Of a stretch of 64,000 bases of DNA, positions 20,101 through 30,260 are shown in pieces (positions within the stretch are counted from its first letter, which is position 1; each line of letters starts with the position of its first letter). The notes beneath the pieces were generated by a model. It saw only the letters and a program-made list of their open reading frames with translations, was not told the origin of the DNA and searched no databases. The DNA is from Ascoidea asiatica JCM 7603. Its lineage: Eukaryota > Fungi > Ascomycota. The DNA is taken from positions 2,423,520-2,487,519 of the forward strand of contig BCKQ01000001.1 in the NCBI GenBank assembly GCA_001600695.1, written 5' to 3'. Position numbers and translations under genes: made by a program.

Positions 20101-22107
20101 AACATATTTTGTGTAAATTTTGCTATCAATGTTACTAAGCTGAGGTGGTGGTTTATCACTTACAATTTTAACCGTATTTGTAGCGAGTGAATCTCTGTCT
20201 ATTAATACTTCTGATAATACGGAAGAAGAAACCATATCCATGGTTGGAGTCCCATCCTCATCTGCAGTAATAGGAGTTTGGAAATCACAGCCCATTCTAT
20301 CCTCCTTACTTATCCAATCTCTCATTGATATTATCATTCCACCATATTGATTTAAAGTACAGATTGGAGCAACTACATCTCTTATATTTTCACATCCCAA
20401 AGGTTTTAGCCATCTATTTATTATTATTTCATTTAATTCACCATTCACTGTGGAAGTACTAATTAAACACCATTTAACACAGGATAAATTTGGTTTTCTT
20501 TTTTTGTCAAAGTTTCTAGTAGATAATGGATCTGCCTGGTAATTAAAAGCGACAGATTTCAATCCAAGATAATCAGAAAGTAATATGCTTGATCTAAATC
20601 GGGTAATTACATTAGCATATAAACCGGGAAAATTCATTAACTCTGACGGGGCCCATAATAAAGTATTTCCTGAATAAATTAAAAAAAAAATGCTAGCAAT
20701 TAAACCAGTTGAGTACCTACAATCAAAAGTACTAAAAATAAACTCTTTAGAAGCTTGATAATTTACTTCAGATCTTTTCAAAGAGCCTCTTGACCTAACC
20801 CATAATGGGGAACTTTGTAAAATCTTGTTTAGGTTTGTCATCTGATGAATTATAGTTTTATGATTCAACACAACTCCATGAAGTTTTCCAATTGAAGATT
20901 TAGAATATTCGATATATGCAATATCAGTCACATTTAAAGGTGGTGGATCTGCTTTTTTGGAAGGAAGATGATATGTCCCCAAATCATCTGTTTTCAAGAA
21001 AGCTAAGCCTTTTGGCCATTTGATTTTTGTTGTTATTGAATTATTTAGTTTTTCAAAATTTTTGAAAATTGAAGTGGAATAGAAACAGAAATGACATTGA
21101 GTTCTATTCAAAATTTCAATCATATCATTTGTATTTAAGTCAATAATAGGAATGGCAACGGAACCCGCTAAAAAACAACCAAAAAGTGCAACAGTAAACT
21201 CTATAATCTCATTTTTTTTATAAATCAAACAGATTCTATCACCTTTATATAAACCAGTTTTTTTTCTTATAAATTGAGCGATCTTTTCAGCTTTCAAATA
21301 TAATTTCTCCCAAGTAATCATTGCTGCTTCTTTACCTCTGGAATCTAACGAAATTATTGCTAAATCTTTTGGATAAGTTGAAGCTCTTTGTCGTAAAATA
21401 GTGGGTAAATTTTTTATTTTTTCTGACCCAGAAATATCATATTGATTTCTGGGATCTAGAGGCCTTTGTAATTCAACATTTGACATTTCTAATTCATTTT
21501 GGTTTGAGTTTTGGTTTTGATTTTGATTTTGATAATCAGATTGAAATTTATTCAAATAATTATTTTGAGGGGTAATTATTGGGAAATTTTGATCCGGATT
21601 TCCACTCTGGCTCTCTGGCTGAAGTTGTAATTGTTGCTGCATAAATAATTGCTGAGAATTAAGAGATGGAGATAATGGAAGAGACGATTGTTCATTTTCA
21701 GAAGAAATTATGAAAGGAGATTGAAATTGGATATTTATTGGAGATTGATTTTCGGAAAAGGATAAAGGTTGTATTATTGCTGGATTTGGCGATTGACTTG
21801 AAGATTGATTTTGATTTTTAGTTGAAATTGGAATTGAAGATTGTGTTAAAGAATTGACAGGCTGCAATCTTTGAAAATTAGAGCTGTTATTTGAAAAAAT
21901 AGAAGGATTGTATTCATTGTTTGAAAAAGAAGAAATATTTCGGCCATGGGAGGGTTGGGCCTGAATATTTTTAAGATCTTCTAAAATTAAAGATCTTTTT
22001 TTAATATAACCTTTGTCAGTATAATCTCCATCATTATAATCGGTAATCAATTTTTGTAAGGTAATGATAATTTCAGGAGGAGCATCACTAGGAATTGAAA
22101 AATCCAT
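17149..22107 (-). CDS. CMR2: DIP2-family protein (DMAP1-binding domain plus two acyl-AMP-ligase-like domains), Cmr2/YOR093C-like
   Basis: N-terminal MDFSIP...DYNDGDYTDKGYIKKR; two adenylation-like domains with VNPET...GEIWV and FLRTGLLGF / YFRTGDLGF motifs. Confidence 0.88.
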   Translation of the reverse strand: MDFSIPSDAPPEIIITLQKLITDYNDGDYTDKGYIKKRSLILEDLKNIQAQPSHGRNISSFSNNEYNPSIFSNNSSNFQRLQPVNSLTQSSIPISTKNQNQSSSQSPNPAIIQPLSFSENQSPINIQFQSPFIISSENEQSSLPLSPSLNSQQLFMQQQLQLQPESQSGNPDQNFPIITPQNNYLNKFQSDYQNQNQNQNSNQNELEMSNVELQRPLDPRNQYDISGSEKIKNLPTILRQRASTYPKDLAIISLDSRGKEAAMITWEKLYLKAEKIAQFIRKKTGLYKGDRICLIYKKNEIIEFTVALFGCFLAGSVAIPIIDLNTNDMIEILNRTQCHFCFYSTSIFKNFEKLNNSITTKIKWPKGLAFLKTDDLGTYHLPSKKADPPPLNVTDIAYIEYSKSSIGKLHGVVLNHKTIIHQMTNLNKILQSSPLWVRSRGSLKRSEVNYQASKEFIFSTFDCRYSTGLIASIFFLIYSGNTLLWAPSELMNFPGLYANVITRFRSSILLSDYLGLKSVAFNYQADPLSTRNFDKKRKPNLSCVKWCLISTSTVNGELNEIIINRWLKPLGCENIRDVVAPICTLNQYGGMIISMRDWISKEDRMGCDFQTPITADEDGTPTMDMVSSSVLSEVLIDRDSLATNTVKIVSDKPPPQLSNIDSKIYTKYVRVCSFGFPLPDTTLAMVNPETKVLSALMEVGEIWVDSPSFPGGFWDNSAETQSLFLAKCNDYQGQLNLEFLRTGLLGFLYNGKVFVLGLYEDRFRQKVSWIDKKLFKDKYGYPDSSVPSSDTGNNLVNPTRENSSGLMISRPLSNNATGSTFPYRQDSLLSKVSSTNNKSDAFSANGYRYHYIEHINHTLFRKFNFISECSIFNITINGESLPAACIETRLALPKTNVAIANSGINYPELDILSDQCFELIEKAHNVRLYCILITPSNALPRIYKNGQKDIANRLCQTRFINGALKAAYVKFNFSKAISNIPYGRDIRGGIWSSFSARVRAEVLENSEQQFTGLDVCNVSIDDRTNAPLTDFKTLVDLLRWRVVNHPDNLAFATILDAHRTRDCSWKKFDQKIASVCYYILFKSLLKPGDSIILMYNISEDFVIALFACFLSGVVPIPMLPLDSNLIEEDVKAFMDVVKDFNVKMIFVNNDAEQIFKLKQISKELKKLSYTSKLPKIKNTSKYKTVLPASIRSKMALFQKKFDYRNESTTVLVCLNWTADNKRIGVKYNHATLMAICKIFKETCRLTSSNSILACARHVSGLGMIQSSLIGVYLGSSTYLYLPTDYYRSPNLFFSAIQNYKVKDVFVTPQMISHLIHFSSPSKQLTLNNLENLMVAYESRPHQSLMKNFKSFFPSSNFHISNVYSHKFNPMIACRSYLNTEPVELWLDPIALRQGFVSLVNPSTFSDGIRVQDSGCVFSCTQVSIVNPETLELCKVGEYGEIWVHSEGNASGLIDGSKKKTDPFLKDMLGAKIKNSENNFSYFRTGDLGFIHNITQTAYNGNSMNLQLLYVLGSIAETFDSLGLHHFAVDVEHTIETSHPDIFFACVFKCDGYAIAVCSTKRKKYQSSLVPVIFSKVLNANHLILDIIAFTSKEDFPLSRLGEKQRLSLIQSFTDGKLPLLGSYGVNYGEDSTIEIIEEMQFVEQESQNNSIT

Positions 22108-23144
22108 TTCCTAAAAAAATATTTTAAAGAGTACAAAGTTGAAAATTGAATCAAATATCAGCCTGAATGATTGTATTACTGTATAAATTGGTTAAGAAAC
22201 ATCAATTAATCAAATAAGTTACAACTGACTTAATCTCGATAGAGTTTTTAGTTCAATTCATGGTTATTTTCAAATAGGGATCAAGACTACGCCGCTTGAT
22301 AGTTGGATTCATTTTTCGTTAGAATTACGTAATACTGGATATTACTAAAGCATTCATGAAGGGTCTATACATACATTAATATCGTGAAAGAAACTCATTT
22401 ATTTCTCTGGCACAATTAACATCCTATAAATGAGAAATACTATGTTTATTATTGAAAAAAATTATTAAATATTATTATATATGAATTTTCAATCCTGCTC
22501 ATCAATCTTTGGCTATGTAGCTCTTATCCACCAGTGTGAATCCCAGTAGTAGACAGTTTCAGGAATTGCCTGGACGCGTGCAAAACACCTATCTTTAACG
22601 GGACAAGTGTGTCACCTTGGATCCGGAATCAGCTTTCAATTACACTCAGAATGCTTTAATGTGTACCATAGGTATCCCAAATAGAGAATAAAACACTCCA
22701 TCAACGGGATTAAGTTAGAATAGATGGGACCGTCCCGGTATAGCATTTCCTGAGTTGGAGAGGTGTTCGGTTTGGCAAACCTGAAATGAGAAACTGGAAT
22801 GCAAAAAACAGGATCAATTTCAAAATCCACATAAACCATTTAAATAAATAAATAAACAATTCGCTAATCAAAAAATTAAAACAGATATATATAGTTCAGA
22901 TTCTTAAAAATACCAGAATATAAACACAATATATAACAACATTAAAAACATTTTATCTCTTTTATTTTCTTCTCTTGAAAGCATCCTTTTTTTACTTTAT
23001 TTATAATAGTGTTATTGTTGTTTTTTTTGTACATCATATTCAACAAGATACTTACTGTGGTTGTTAATATAGATATTTCGCTAAGCAAGTTACCTACGCT
23101 TTAATAATTTTTTTTATGAAAATTTTAAGAATTTCCATTAAAAG

Positions 23145-24782
23145 ATGCCTAAGGCAATTAAACCTCCTAGAGCTACATTAGAGCAGAAAATACGAATATT
23201 GGATTATTATAAAGCATCTAATAAACCTCAAAGTGAAACTGTTGAAGCTTTCAAGGATAAATTTGCAATTTCTACTTCAAGTTTGAGTGAATGGGTTAAA
23301 AATGAAGTAGAACTAAGACAGAGATATAAAGAAGCCGGAATTCATGGTAGACAAGGTAAAAGGAAAGTTAGATACAAGTATGAAACTATAAATAAGGATA
23401 TGGATGCATTTGTGGAACAGCGTAAAGAAAATAATCAACCAATAAATGAACCGGTTTTAAGAGAACAATGGTCTTTGCTAGCTCATAAATATGGTGTTCA
23501 AGATACAAAAAGATTGAATTGTTTCTCACATGGATGGTTAAGCCAATTCAAGAAAAGGCATGGTCTAGATAAAAAATCAATAATTATTCCTGATGAGAAT
23601 GAATCTATAACAAATGAAAATTTGACTGAAAACGAAACAACACTTAAAAACCAAAGTATTGATGGAAATGATAGTAATAATATACTCCTCTCTCCATCTA
23701 TTCATTCTAATACTTCTTCTCCTATTAATGAGAATTCTATACATAATTCAGAATATCATTCATTGAACCCTGAAATTAGCTCCAGGTTACCAAGAAACTC
23801 AAATACAGTTTCTAATATGAATGAAAATTCTTTGCAGAATGGAGCTTCTTTCCAAGTTCAAGCTTCGCATCAACTCCAAAATGATTCACTAACTAAGGCA
23901 CGATCCCAAAATCCAAACCAAAATTCATCTATGAACTCAATTCCAAATAATATTCCCCAAAGTCAGTCAACTAATTCTAATGGCCCTCTTCAAATCTCCA
24001 CTCCGGATCCACGCCATGGAGATGACCGATTTATGGCCCAAAATTATCCTTTATTAATGAATAATATTCCTAACAACAATCTAAACCCAAATGCAAATAA
24101 CAATGCAAACACTACAAATGTAAATTCAATTTCAAATTCAAATTCTAACACTACTTCTAATTCAAATTCGAATGTGAATCCCAATATAAATACTCATTCA
24201 AATACTAATATGGCATCGACAATAAATAACAACGTATCCAACAATGCCAATAATGTTAATAAAAATAGTAATGGAAACTCAGTCATTGTCCTCAATTCTA
24301 GACCTCAAATGTCGCAAAATTCCATGCCATATCCTACTAATGCTGATTCTTCGAATTTGATTAGATATGACGGACAAATGAATCAGCAAGTAATAAGATC
24401 ATCTTCTTATATACCCTTTCAAAGTTTTCCTAATCAGCGGCAGCAATCTCAACAACAGCAACAACAACAACAGCTACATCAACAACAAATTCAACAGCAG
24501 ATGCATTCTCAACATCAACAGCAGAATCAAATACAATCCCAACAGCAGATGCAGCAACTACAACCCTATTCTCCTGGGTATGATATAAAGCCTGCCTTTA
24601 TAGATCGTTTTATTACCCATTGGGCCACTTTGTTTTTCGAGAGAAATATCAATGATTTTCCTCAATCTAAAAAAACTTTTGAAATGTTCAAAAATGTTTT
24701 TAGAGATGAAATGTTACAATTAGATGAAAAAAATGGGAAATTAAACCCTGTTGACAAATTTTTCATGTCAGAGTTTCATTGA
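23145..24782 (+). CDS. CENP-B/pogo(Tc5)-type double-HTH DNA-binding protein with N/Q-rich region, no DDE domain
   Basis: TLEQKIRILDY...ISTSSLSEWVKN (HTH1) and PINEPVLRE...FSHGWLSQFKKRHGL (CENP-B/Tc5 HTH2 signature), followed by Asn- and Gln-rich low-complexity sequence. Confidence 0.8.
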   Translation: MPKAIKPPRATLEQKIRILDYYKASNKPQSETVEAFKDKFAISTSSLSEWVKNEVELRQRYKEAGIHGRQGKRKVRYKYETINKDMDAFVEQRKENNQPINEPVLREQWSLLAHKYGVQDTKRLNCFSHGWLSQFKKRHGLDKKSIIIPDENESITNENLTENETTLKNQSIDGNDSNNILLSPSIHSNTSSPINENSIHNSEYHSLNPEISSRLPRNSNTVSNMNENSLQNGASFQVQASHQLQNDSLTKARSQNPNQNSSMNSIPNNIPQSQSTNSNGPLQISTPDPRHGDDRFMAQNYPLLMNNIPNNNLNPNANNNANTTNVNSISNSNSNTTSNSNSNVNPNINTHSNTNMASTINNNVSNNANNVNKNSNGNSVIVLNSRPQMSQNSMPYPTNADSSNLIRYDGQMNQQVIRSSSYIPFQSFPNQRQQSQQQQQQQQLHQQQIQQQMHSQHQQQNQIQSQQQMQQLQPYSPGYDIKPAFIDRFITHWATLFFERNINDFPQSKKTFEMFKNVFRDEMLQLDEKNGKLNPVDKFFMSEFH

Positions 24783-24995
24783 TTTTAGCTTGAGCAATTC
24801 TATATATATTATATTGTTTTTAAGGCCTACATATATTATTCTAACAATCGTAATAAATTTACTATAATAAGCTTGCTCCACACTTTACTTCAAAAGTTTT
24901 AAGTGCTTATAAGTTTTTGTTTTCAAATAATAATAACCTTTTTTATAATTCATTTCCGAATTCAATATGCAATCTTCGAGATCAGGCACGGCTGA

Positions 24996-26259
24996 TTAAT
25001 CCTCTAATCCTGATCCTGATCCTGATTCTGATTCTGATTCTGATTCAGATCCTGATTCAACCTCAGAGTCGGATCCGGATCCTGATTCAGAAGAATCTTG
25101 AAAGTCTTCATCTTCTTCGACATTATCACTATCATCATCGACATTTTCATGAAAGTCATTGTTGGAAATACCATTAGCAGTCTCTAAATCACTATCTTTA
25201 TTTCCGTTAATATTTTTTTGATATATAGGCTTAGCTTTTAGCTCATCTACCATTGATTTATCTTCAACTGCCTTGGATTTGATATAATTATCAATTTTTG
25301 AAAATTCTTCTTGGTCAATCATGCTAAACTCAACTTTTTCTTCATCCTCTAAAATCAAAGTTATGTTAAATGTAACTCTTGTAATGGACGAATATTGAAT
25401 GGAAGTTATATCTTTCGAATTAAAAATTAAAATGGGCTTTTTGAAACCAAAAATTATAAAATCATGTAAAAAATATAAAACACCTTCCTTATTTTTTCTA
25501 TGAGCAATTATATGAAACGAGTTTGTATTATCATCAAAAGCTCTAATTTTGAATCCAGTTAGATAAGCTTGTTTGATTAAAAAGTTTCTATAGTAGATTT
25601 CTTTTTGAGTTGCATTATCTATAGTTACTTGAGATATATAGTCAGATTTAACTAGGTCTTTAGTAATAGATTGTTTGTTAATGCTTAAAAGTATAGGATC
25701 ATTATTAAACTTATTAAGATAATTTTTTTTATAGAAAATTGCCAAATAATCCAAATTTTTTTTTTCTGGTACTGGTAAAAAACCACTAAAATATATATTC
25801 TCAGGATTTAAATCTGAAATAATTAATTCAGCTTGTTGTGTTTGAGAATTATTAAAATCTGTGGAAATAGCCAAAAATGGTAACTCTGTTTTGGAGTTTA
25901 TTGCAAAAATCAAATTCATTTTTTTTCTTAGCGGAGATTGAAAAGATAGTTGAGACAATTTGAGAATTATCAAAGAGGGATCGATTAAAGGAAAAATCTC
26001 TTCAGTATTTTCATTGAGTTTTCGCTTTTTAGTAAAATTTTCATTATTATTGTTGTTGATAGAAGAATTGAGATTGATTGTAGATAAATAGTCATAAAAC
26101 TCCTCAAATACTTCTTCTAGCTCAGGTTTTTGATCTTAATGTAAAATTGTCAGTAAGCTTCGAAATTTAATAAATATTTACTTCTTATTTTTTTTACTTA
26201 CTTATTGAATTTAATATTTTTTCCTTTAAAACTAAAGGTAAATCGTCTGTAAAAGACAT
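24996..26259 (-). CDS. RTT106: histone chaperone Rtt106, two exons: 26259-26202 and 26134-24996
   Basis: Spliced N-terminus MSFTDDLPLVLKEKILNSINQKPELEEVFEEFYDYL; PH-domain motifs LSFQSPLRKK, FLPVPEK, AHRKNKEGVLYFL, FGFKKPIL, YSSITRVTFN, EFSMIDQ; acidic tail. Confidence 0.9.
25008..25090 (-). repeat. coding hexamer repeats giving (SE/SG)n in the Rtt106 acidic tail
   Basis: TCCTGA/TTCTGA units on the + strand. Confidence 0.8.
26135..26201 (-). other. RTT106: spliceosomal intron of RTT106 (67 nt, AAG acceptor)
   Basis: GTAAGT donor at 26201, TACTGAC branch (branch A at 26150), AAG ending 26135. An alternative in-frame TAG ends at 26117. Confidence 0.8.
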
Positions 26260-26544
26260 TTTGAAAAGAAAAAAAAAAGACTTTGTTTTTTCAAATTCAA
26301 ATTTATTTTAAATATTGATAGTCACCACTAATGTACAGTTTTCTTAATTATTTAACATATTCTGAACATTTGGCTAACTGAAAACAAAATATTAAACTGA
26401 ATCAGAAAAAAAAAATATGGTTTCTAACTTAAAAAATGATCAAGCTTTCAAAACTTTCCAAAATAGTATAACTCTTTCCTAAAAACCCTGCTTTTAAATA
26501 TTTATAATTATGCTTTTTATTTGAATGAGGTTTGATATGAGAAA

Positions 26545-26615
26545 ACGCGTAAATGTTTTGTAAATCAATATTTTTCTTTTTATCTTTTCTTATTTTCATA
26601 TTTCAAGTGACGCGT
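26545..26615. promoter_or_regulatory. two MCB boxes (ACGCGT at 26545-26550 and 26610-26615) upstream of RTT106
   Basis: Two perfect MluI cell-cycle boxes in otherwise CpG-poor DNA, 290-350 bp upstream of a chromatin-assembly gene. Confidence 0.65.
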
Positions 26616-26883
26616 TTTTTGGCTTTCTGCAAGAAATAGTAGACGGTCTCTCTACAAACTGAATTTTTGTTGGAGAACAATTCATAATTTAGAACATAAC
26701 TAACTATATTATTTTCGAAAATAAATTATAATTTTTTAGGATGTCTACAATATCATCGGTTAATGGTTTATTATTACCGTCTATATTTATTTATTAAAGG
26801 GTAATACTAAAGGCTCGTGATAAATGAATATTAATATTGAAAAAGTGATAATCTGCTTTGGTTATGTTTTAATTTCTATTTAC

Positions 26884-27945
26884 TTAATCTAAAGCATTAA
26901 TGATAGCTTTTGTAAATTCTTCAGTTGAGGCATTACCACCAATATCTTTAGTTGTATGCTCGCCCTTTTCAATAACTTCATAAGTTGCGTTTGATAATCT
27001 TTCAGCAGATTCGTTGAAGCCCAAATGTTTCAATAATAAAGAAGAAGATAGAATTAAAGAAGTTGGATTTGCAACATTTTTACCTTTAATATCTAAACCA
27101 ACATGTCTACAACCAGGCTCAAAAATAGCATATTCTCTACCAAAACTTGCACCAGGTACTAAACCTGGACCACCGATTAAGCCAGCACCTATATTTGAAA
27201 GAATAGTACCATATAAATTTGGAGTAACTAATACATCAAATTGCTGAGGATTTGAAACACATTGCATTGAAGCATTATCAACAATCATATCATTAACAGT
27301 AATACCTGAATAATCTTGACCAATTTCTTTAACAGTATTTCTAAATAAACCATCTGCTAATTTCATTATATTTGCTTTATGAATTGCAGTTACTTTACTT
27401 CTATGATTTTTAAGAGCATAATCAAAAGCAAATTTTGCAATTCTTTCACATTTATATTTAGTTACAATTTTTAAACTTTCAACAACACCAGGAACAGATT
27501 GATGCTCTAAACCTGAATATTCAGCTTCAGTATTTTCTCTAATTAAAACCATATCAATATCTTGCATTCTAGTTTTAATACCAGGAATATTTTTAATTAA
27601 AGCTATCGAAGCATAAATATCTAATTCTTTATTAACTAAATCATTGAAAGAAGAATGACTTGAAGCTGTTGAAGAAGTAAACCAATTTGTTTTTAATGCA
27701 ACTTTATTTCTTTTAACTGAATCAAGTGCTACTTTTAAATCAGAATGATCATCAAAACCAGAAATTTTTATAGTTTCAAATTCAATTGGTAAATTCATAA
27801 TTTTAAAAATATCAGTAACGGACTTGGAAATTTCTTCACCTATACCATCACCAGGAATTAAAGTGATAGTCTGATTTGATTTGACAGCTGTAGCCATCGA
27901 TCTTGAAGCATTGACAATACAATTTTTTGAAGAAGTAGAAAACAT
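26884..27945 (-). CDS. IDH1: mitochondrial NAD-dependent isocitrate dehydrogenase regulatory subunit 1
   Basis: TLIPGDGIG, RENTEAEYSGLEHQSVPGVVESLK, MIVDNASMQ and FEPGCRHVGLDIKG (Idh1-type); N-terminal presequence. Confidence 0.95.
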   Translation of the reverse strand: MFSTSSKNCIVNASRSMATAVKSNQTITLIPGDGIGEEISKSVTDIFKIMNLPIEFETIKISGFDDHSDLKVALDSVKRNKVALKTNWFTSSTASSHSSFNDLVNKELDIYASIALIKNIPGIKTRMQDIDMVLIRENTEAEYSGLEHQSVPGVVESLKIVTKYKCERIAKFAFDYALKNHRSKVTAIHKANIMKLADGLFRNTVKEIGQDYSGITVNDMIVDNASMQCVSNPQQFDVLVTPNLYGTILSNIGAGLIGGPGLVPGASFGREYAIFEPGCRHVGLDIKGKNVANPTSLILSSSLLLKHLGFNESAERLSNATYEVIEKGEHTTKDIGGNASTEEFTKAIINALD

Positions 27946-28023
27946 TGCTAAAATATAATTTATAAAGTTTGGATTTTTTCAGTTGAAAATAATTTATACT
28001 GTGAATTGAAATTATAGTATAAT

Positions 28024-28054
28024 TATATTGGAACTATATTGGAACTATATTGGA
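28024..28054. repeat. 11-bp tandem repeat (TATATTGGAAC, about 3 copies) in the IDH1 leader
   Basis: Direct inspection. Confidence 0.8.
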
Positions 28055-29000
28055 GATATATGAAATGTTGAAACAATAATATAATGTGATATTAACCGTT
28101 AGAATATTCTAAAAGAAAAAAAAACAAAGACAATAACCAAAAGCTAGATAAAAAAAATAAAAGGAAAAAAAGAATGTTTTTATAATAGTGATGGTGTACA
28201 AATAATATGCTCAGTTAACTAGAATGATATTTTTTCGAAAACGAGGTATTAATTGTTGAATCAATGAACATTTTGAAATTTAAACTGTGATCTGAAATGG
28301 AAAATACTTAAATGCAGAAGCTTCAATTCCTATGTAATAAGATATGATAAATCTCTCAGAATCTCTCAGAAAATGAATTCTAAAAAGATTGATTTGGATA
28401 AGCCGAAAATAAAGACCAAAAGAGAAAAATGAAAAAAAAATATGTAAAGCGATCCGGAAAAGGGTGTTGGGCTTGTCAAATCGATTCGCCGCTGAAGTTT
28501 GAAATTAAGCAATTAAGCTTCTTACGTAATCTGCTGACGTAAGCGCCATTTACAAATTATTATTATAATATGAGCGCGTTTTCAAAAGGTGCAAGATCAA
28601 GAGAATCGTTTCAAAGTGCGTTTATCTGGTTTTAAGGATAGAAATTTATACCGGAATAGCCTAATTAACCGGATTAATTCGAAAGATTAGAATTATGTTC
28701 GAAATGGCCGGAACTGTGGGCGGAATTAGGTCTATCATTTAGAGAAAAGGGGTTTGGGGTCTATACTTGGACCAGCGCTCTTAATAATGCTGTATCTCCA
28801 TCTATGAATTGTTTGGTTTCCAGCAACATAGCCGGCAATAAATTTAAAATCTCGTGATTATTGATTTTTAGATAGTGCAGTGCTCACGATGTCTGTCTAC
28901 TTTAATTTTTTCAGATGGTTTAAGTTTACTAATGAGAATTTATTTATTTTATTGAATTTTTATTTTCAGAAATATCTATTTTCTGCTTAAGTAAATCTAA

Positions 29001-29444
29001 ATGAAATTTAATGGAATTACATCTTTCTAGCTTTTAGAAATAATTCAAATTCAAATTTACTTTTAATAACCTTTAGTTTTCAATGCTTCATCATTTTCAA
29101 ATTCTACTGTAAATTCAACAGAAAATTCAATTGAAGCTACTTCTGATTCAGATATTGCCACTCAAGTTATTATTGAAGATATATTAGAAGATTTCAAAGG
29201 CTACTGCTGCCGATTCAACTGATTCAGTTATTGAAGCTACTATTACTGATTCTAATGGTTCAGTTGAATATATTACTTTTAAAGTCTATGAGCCCATCAC
29301 AAGAATTATTTCAGTTTCTTTTTAAAAATCTTTTCAAACTTTAGCAACCAGTTATATTAATTCTACTTTAACCACTGGTTAATAAATTGGGGTAGATCAA
29401 ATTTATTATCCGGTTTACTTTTGGTTTGCTTAAGCTGTTATTGA
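29001..29444 (+). pseudogene. decayed Ser/Thr-rich secreted/GPI cell-wall protein gene
   Basis: MKFNGITSF* start; Ser/Thr-rich fragments NASSFSNSTVNSTENSIEATSDSD and ATAADSTDSVIEATITDSNGSVEY in different frames; hydrophobic tail GRSNLLSGLLLVCLSCY*. Several stops and frameshifts. Confidence 0.55.
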
Positions 29445-29686
29445 TAGATTTTATTAATAGAAAAACAATAAACTAAGGTGGCAACTTGTAATGTAATATT
29501 ATTTAGTTTATTTATCTATTTAATTAATTTCTTTTGTTGATTAAAATTTTTAATTTTCTTTTATTTTCTTAATTGAGTATTAGATCTTTTTTATGGTCAT
29601 TTCTATGAATTTTTATAAATCGTTATAATTATATACTCATTGCAAATATTGATAGTAGCCTTATCTGTGAATCTTATATGTTCAAA

Positions 29687-30260
29687 TTATTTGTTAATTT
29701 CTTTATTCTTTTGAATTTTTATGTTATTCCTAATTATGAGATCCAATTTTGATTTAAAAATCTGATTATTGGATTTTAATTTTTAAATTTCATTATTGTT
29801 TCTATTAAAATCATGAACTAACGCAAGTAGAGTAAATTCTAAACTTATATTGAATTCAAGTTCTTTTAAAACTTTATGACATTTTTTATTATATGATTGA
29901 AAATGTTTGTAATTCGAATCAACGTGCTCATCTAAATTTCAATCTTCAGTCGATTTAATTTCCGAAATGAAACCTTTGAACTTAATAGACCTATTTTCAT
30001 GTCCGTATTTATTTTTATTATTTTTTTCTATTAATTTTACATCTGATATAGCTAAATGAATAAAATGTGCCGTTTTTTGTTGATATGTTTTTGCAAATTC
30101 ATTGGTATCATCAATTGAATGATGTTTATAACAATGATCATACCCATAATCAATTGATTTTTGGTTTAAATCCTTTGAATCTTTATAATACTTTAGGGGT
30201 CATTTCAATTGAATTAATATTTGGTTTGAAATTTAATAACTGAATTTGAGCTGCATTCAT
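29687..30260 (-). pseudogene. decayed ORF of unknown origin
   Basis: One frame has open stretches of 86, 51 and 31 codons separated by single stops (TGA 29941, TAA 29785), preceded by a frameshifted ATG segment (MNAAQIQLL..., 30260). Confidence 0.45.
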
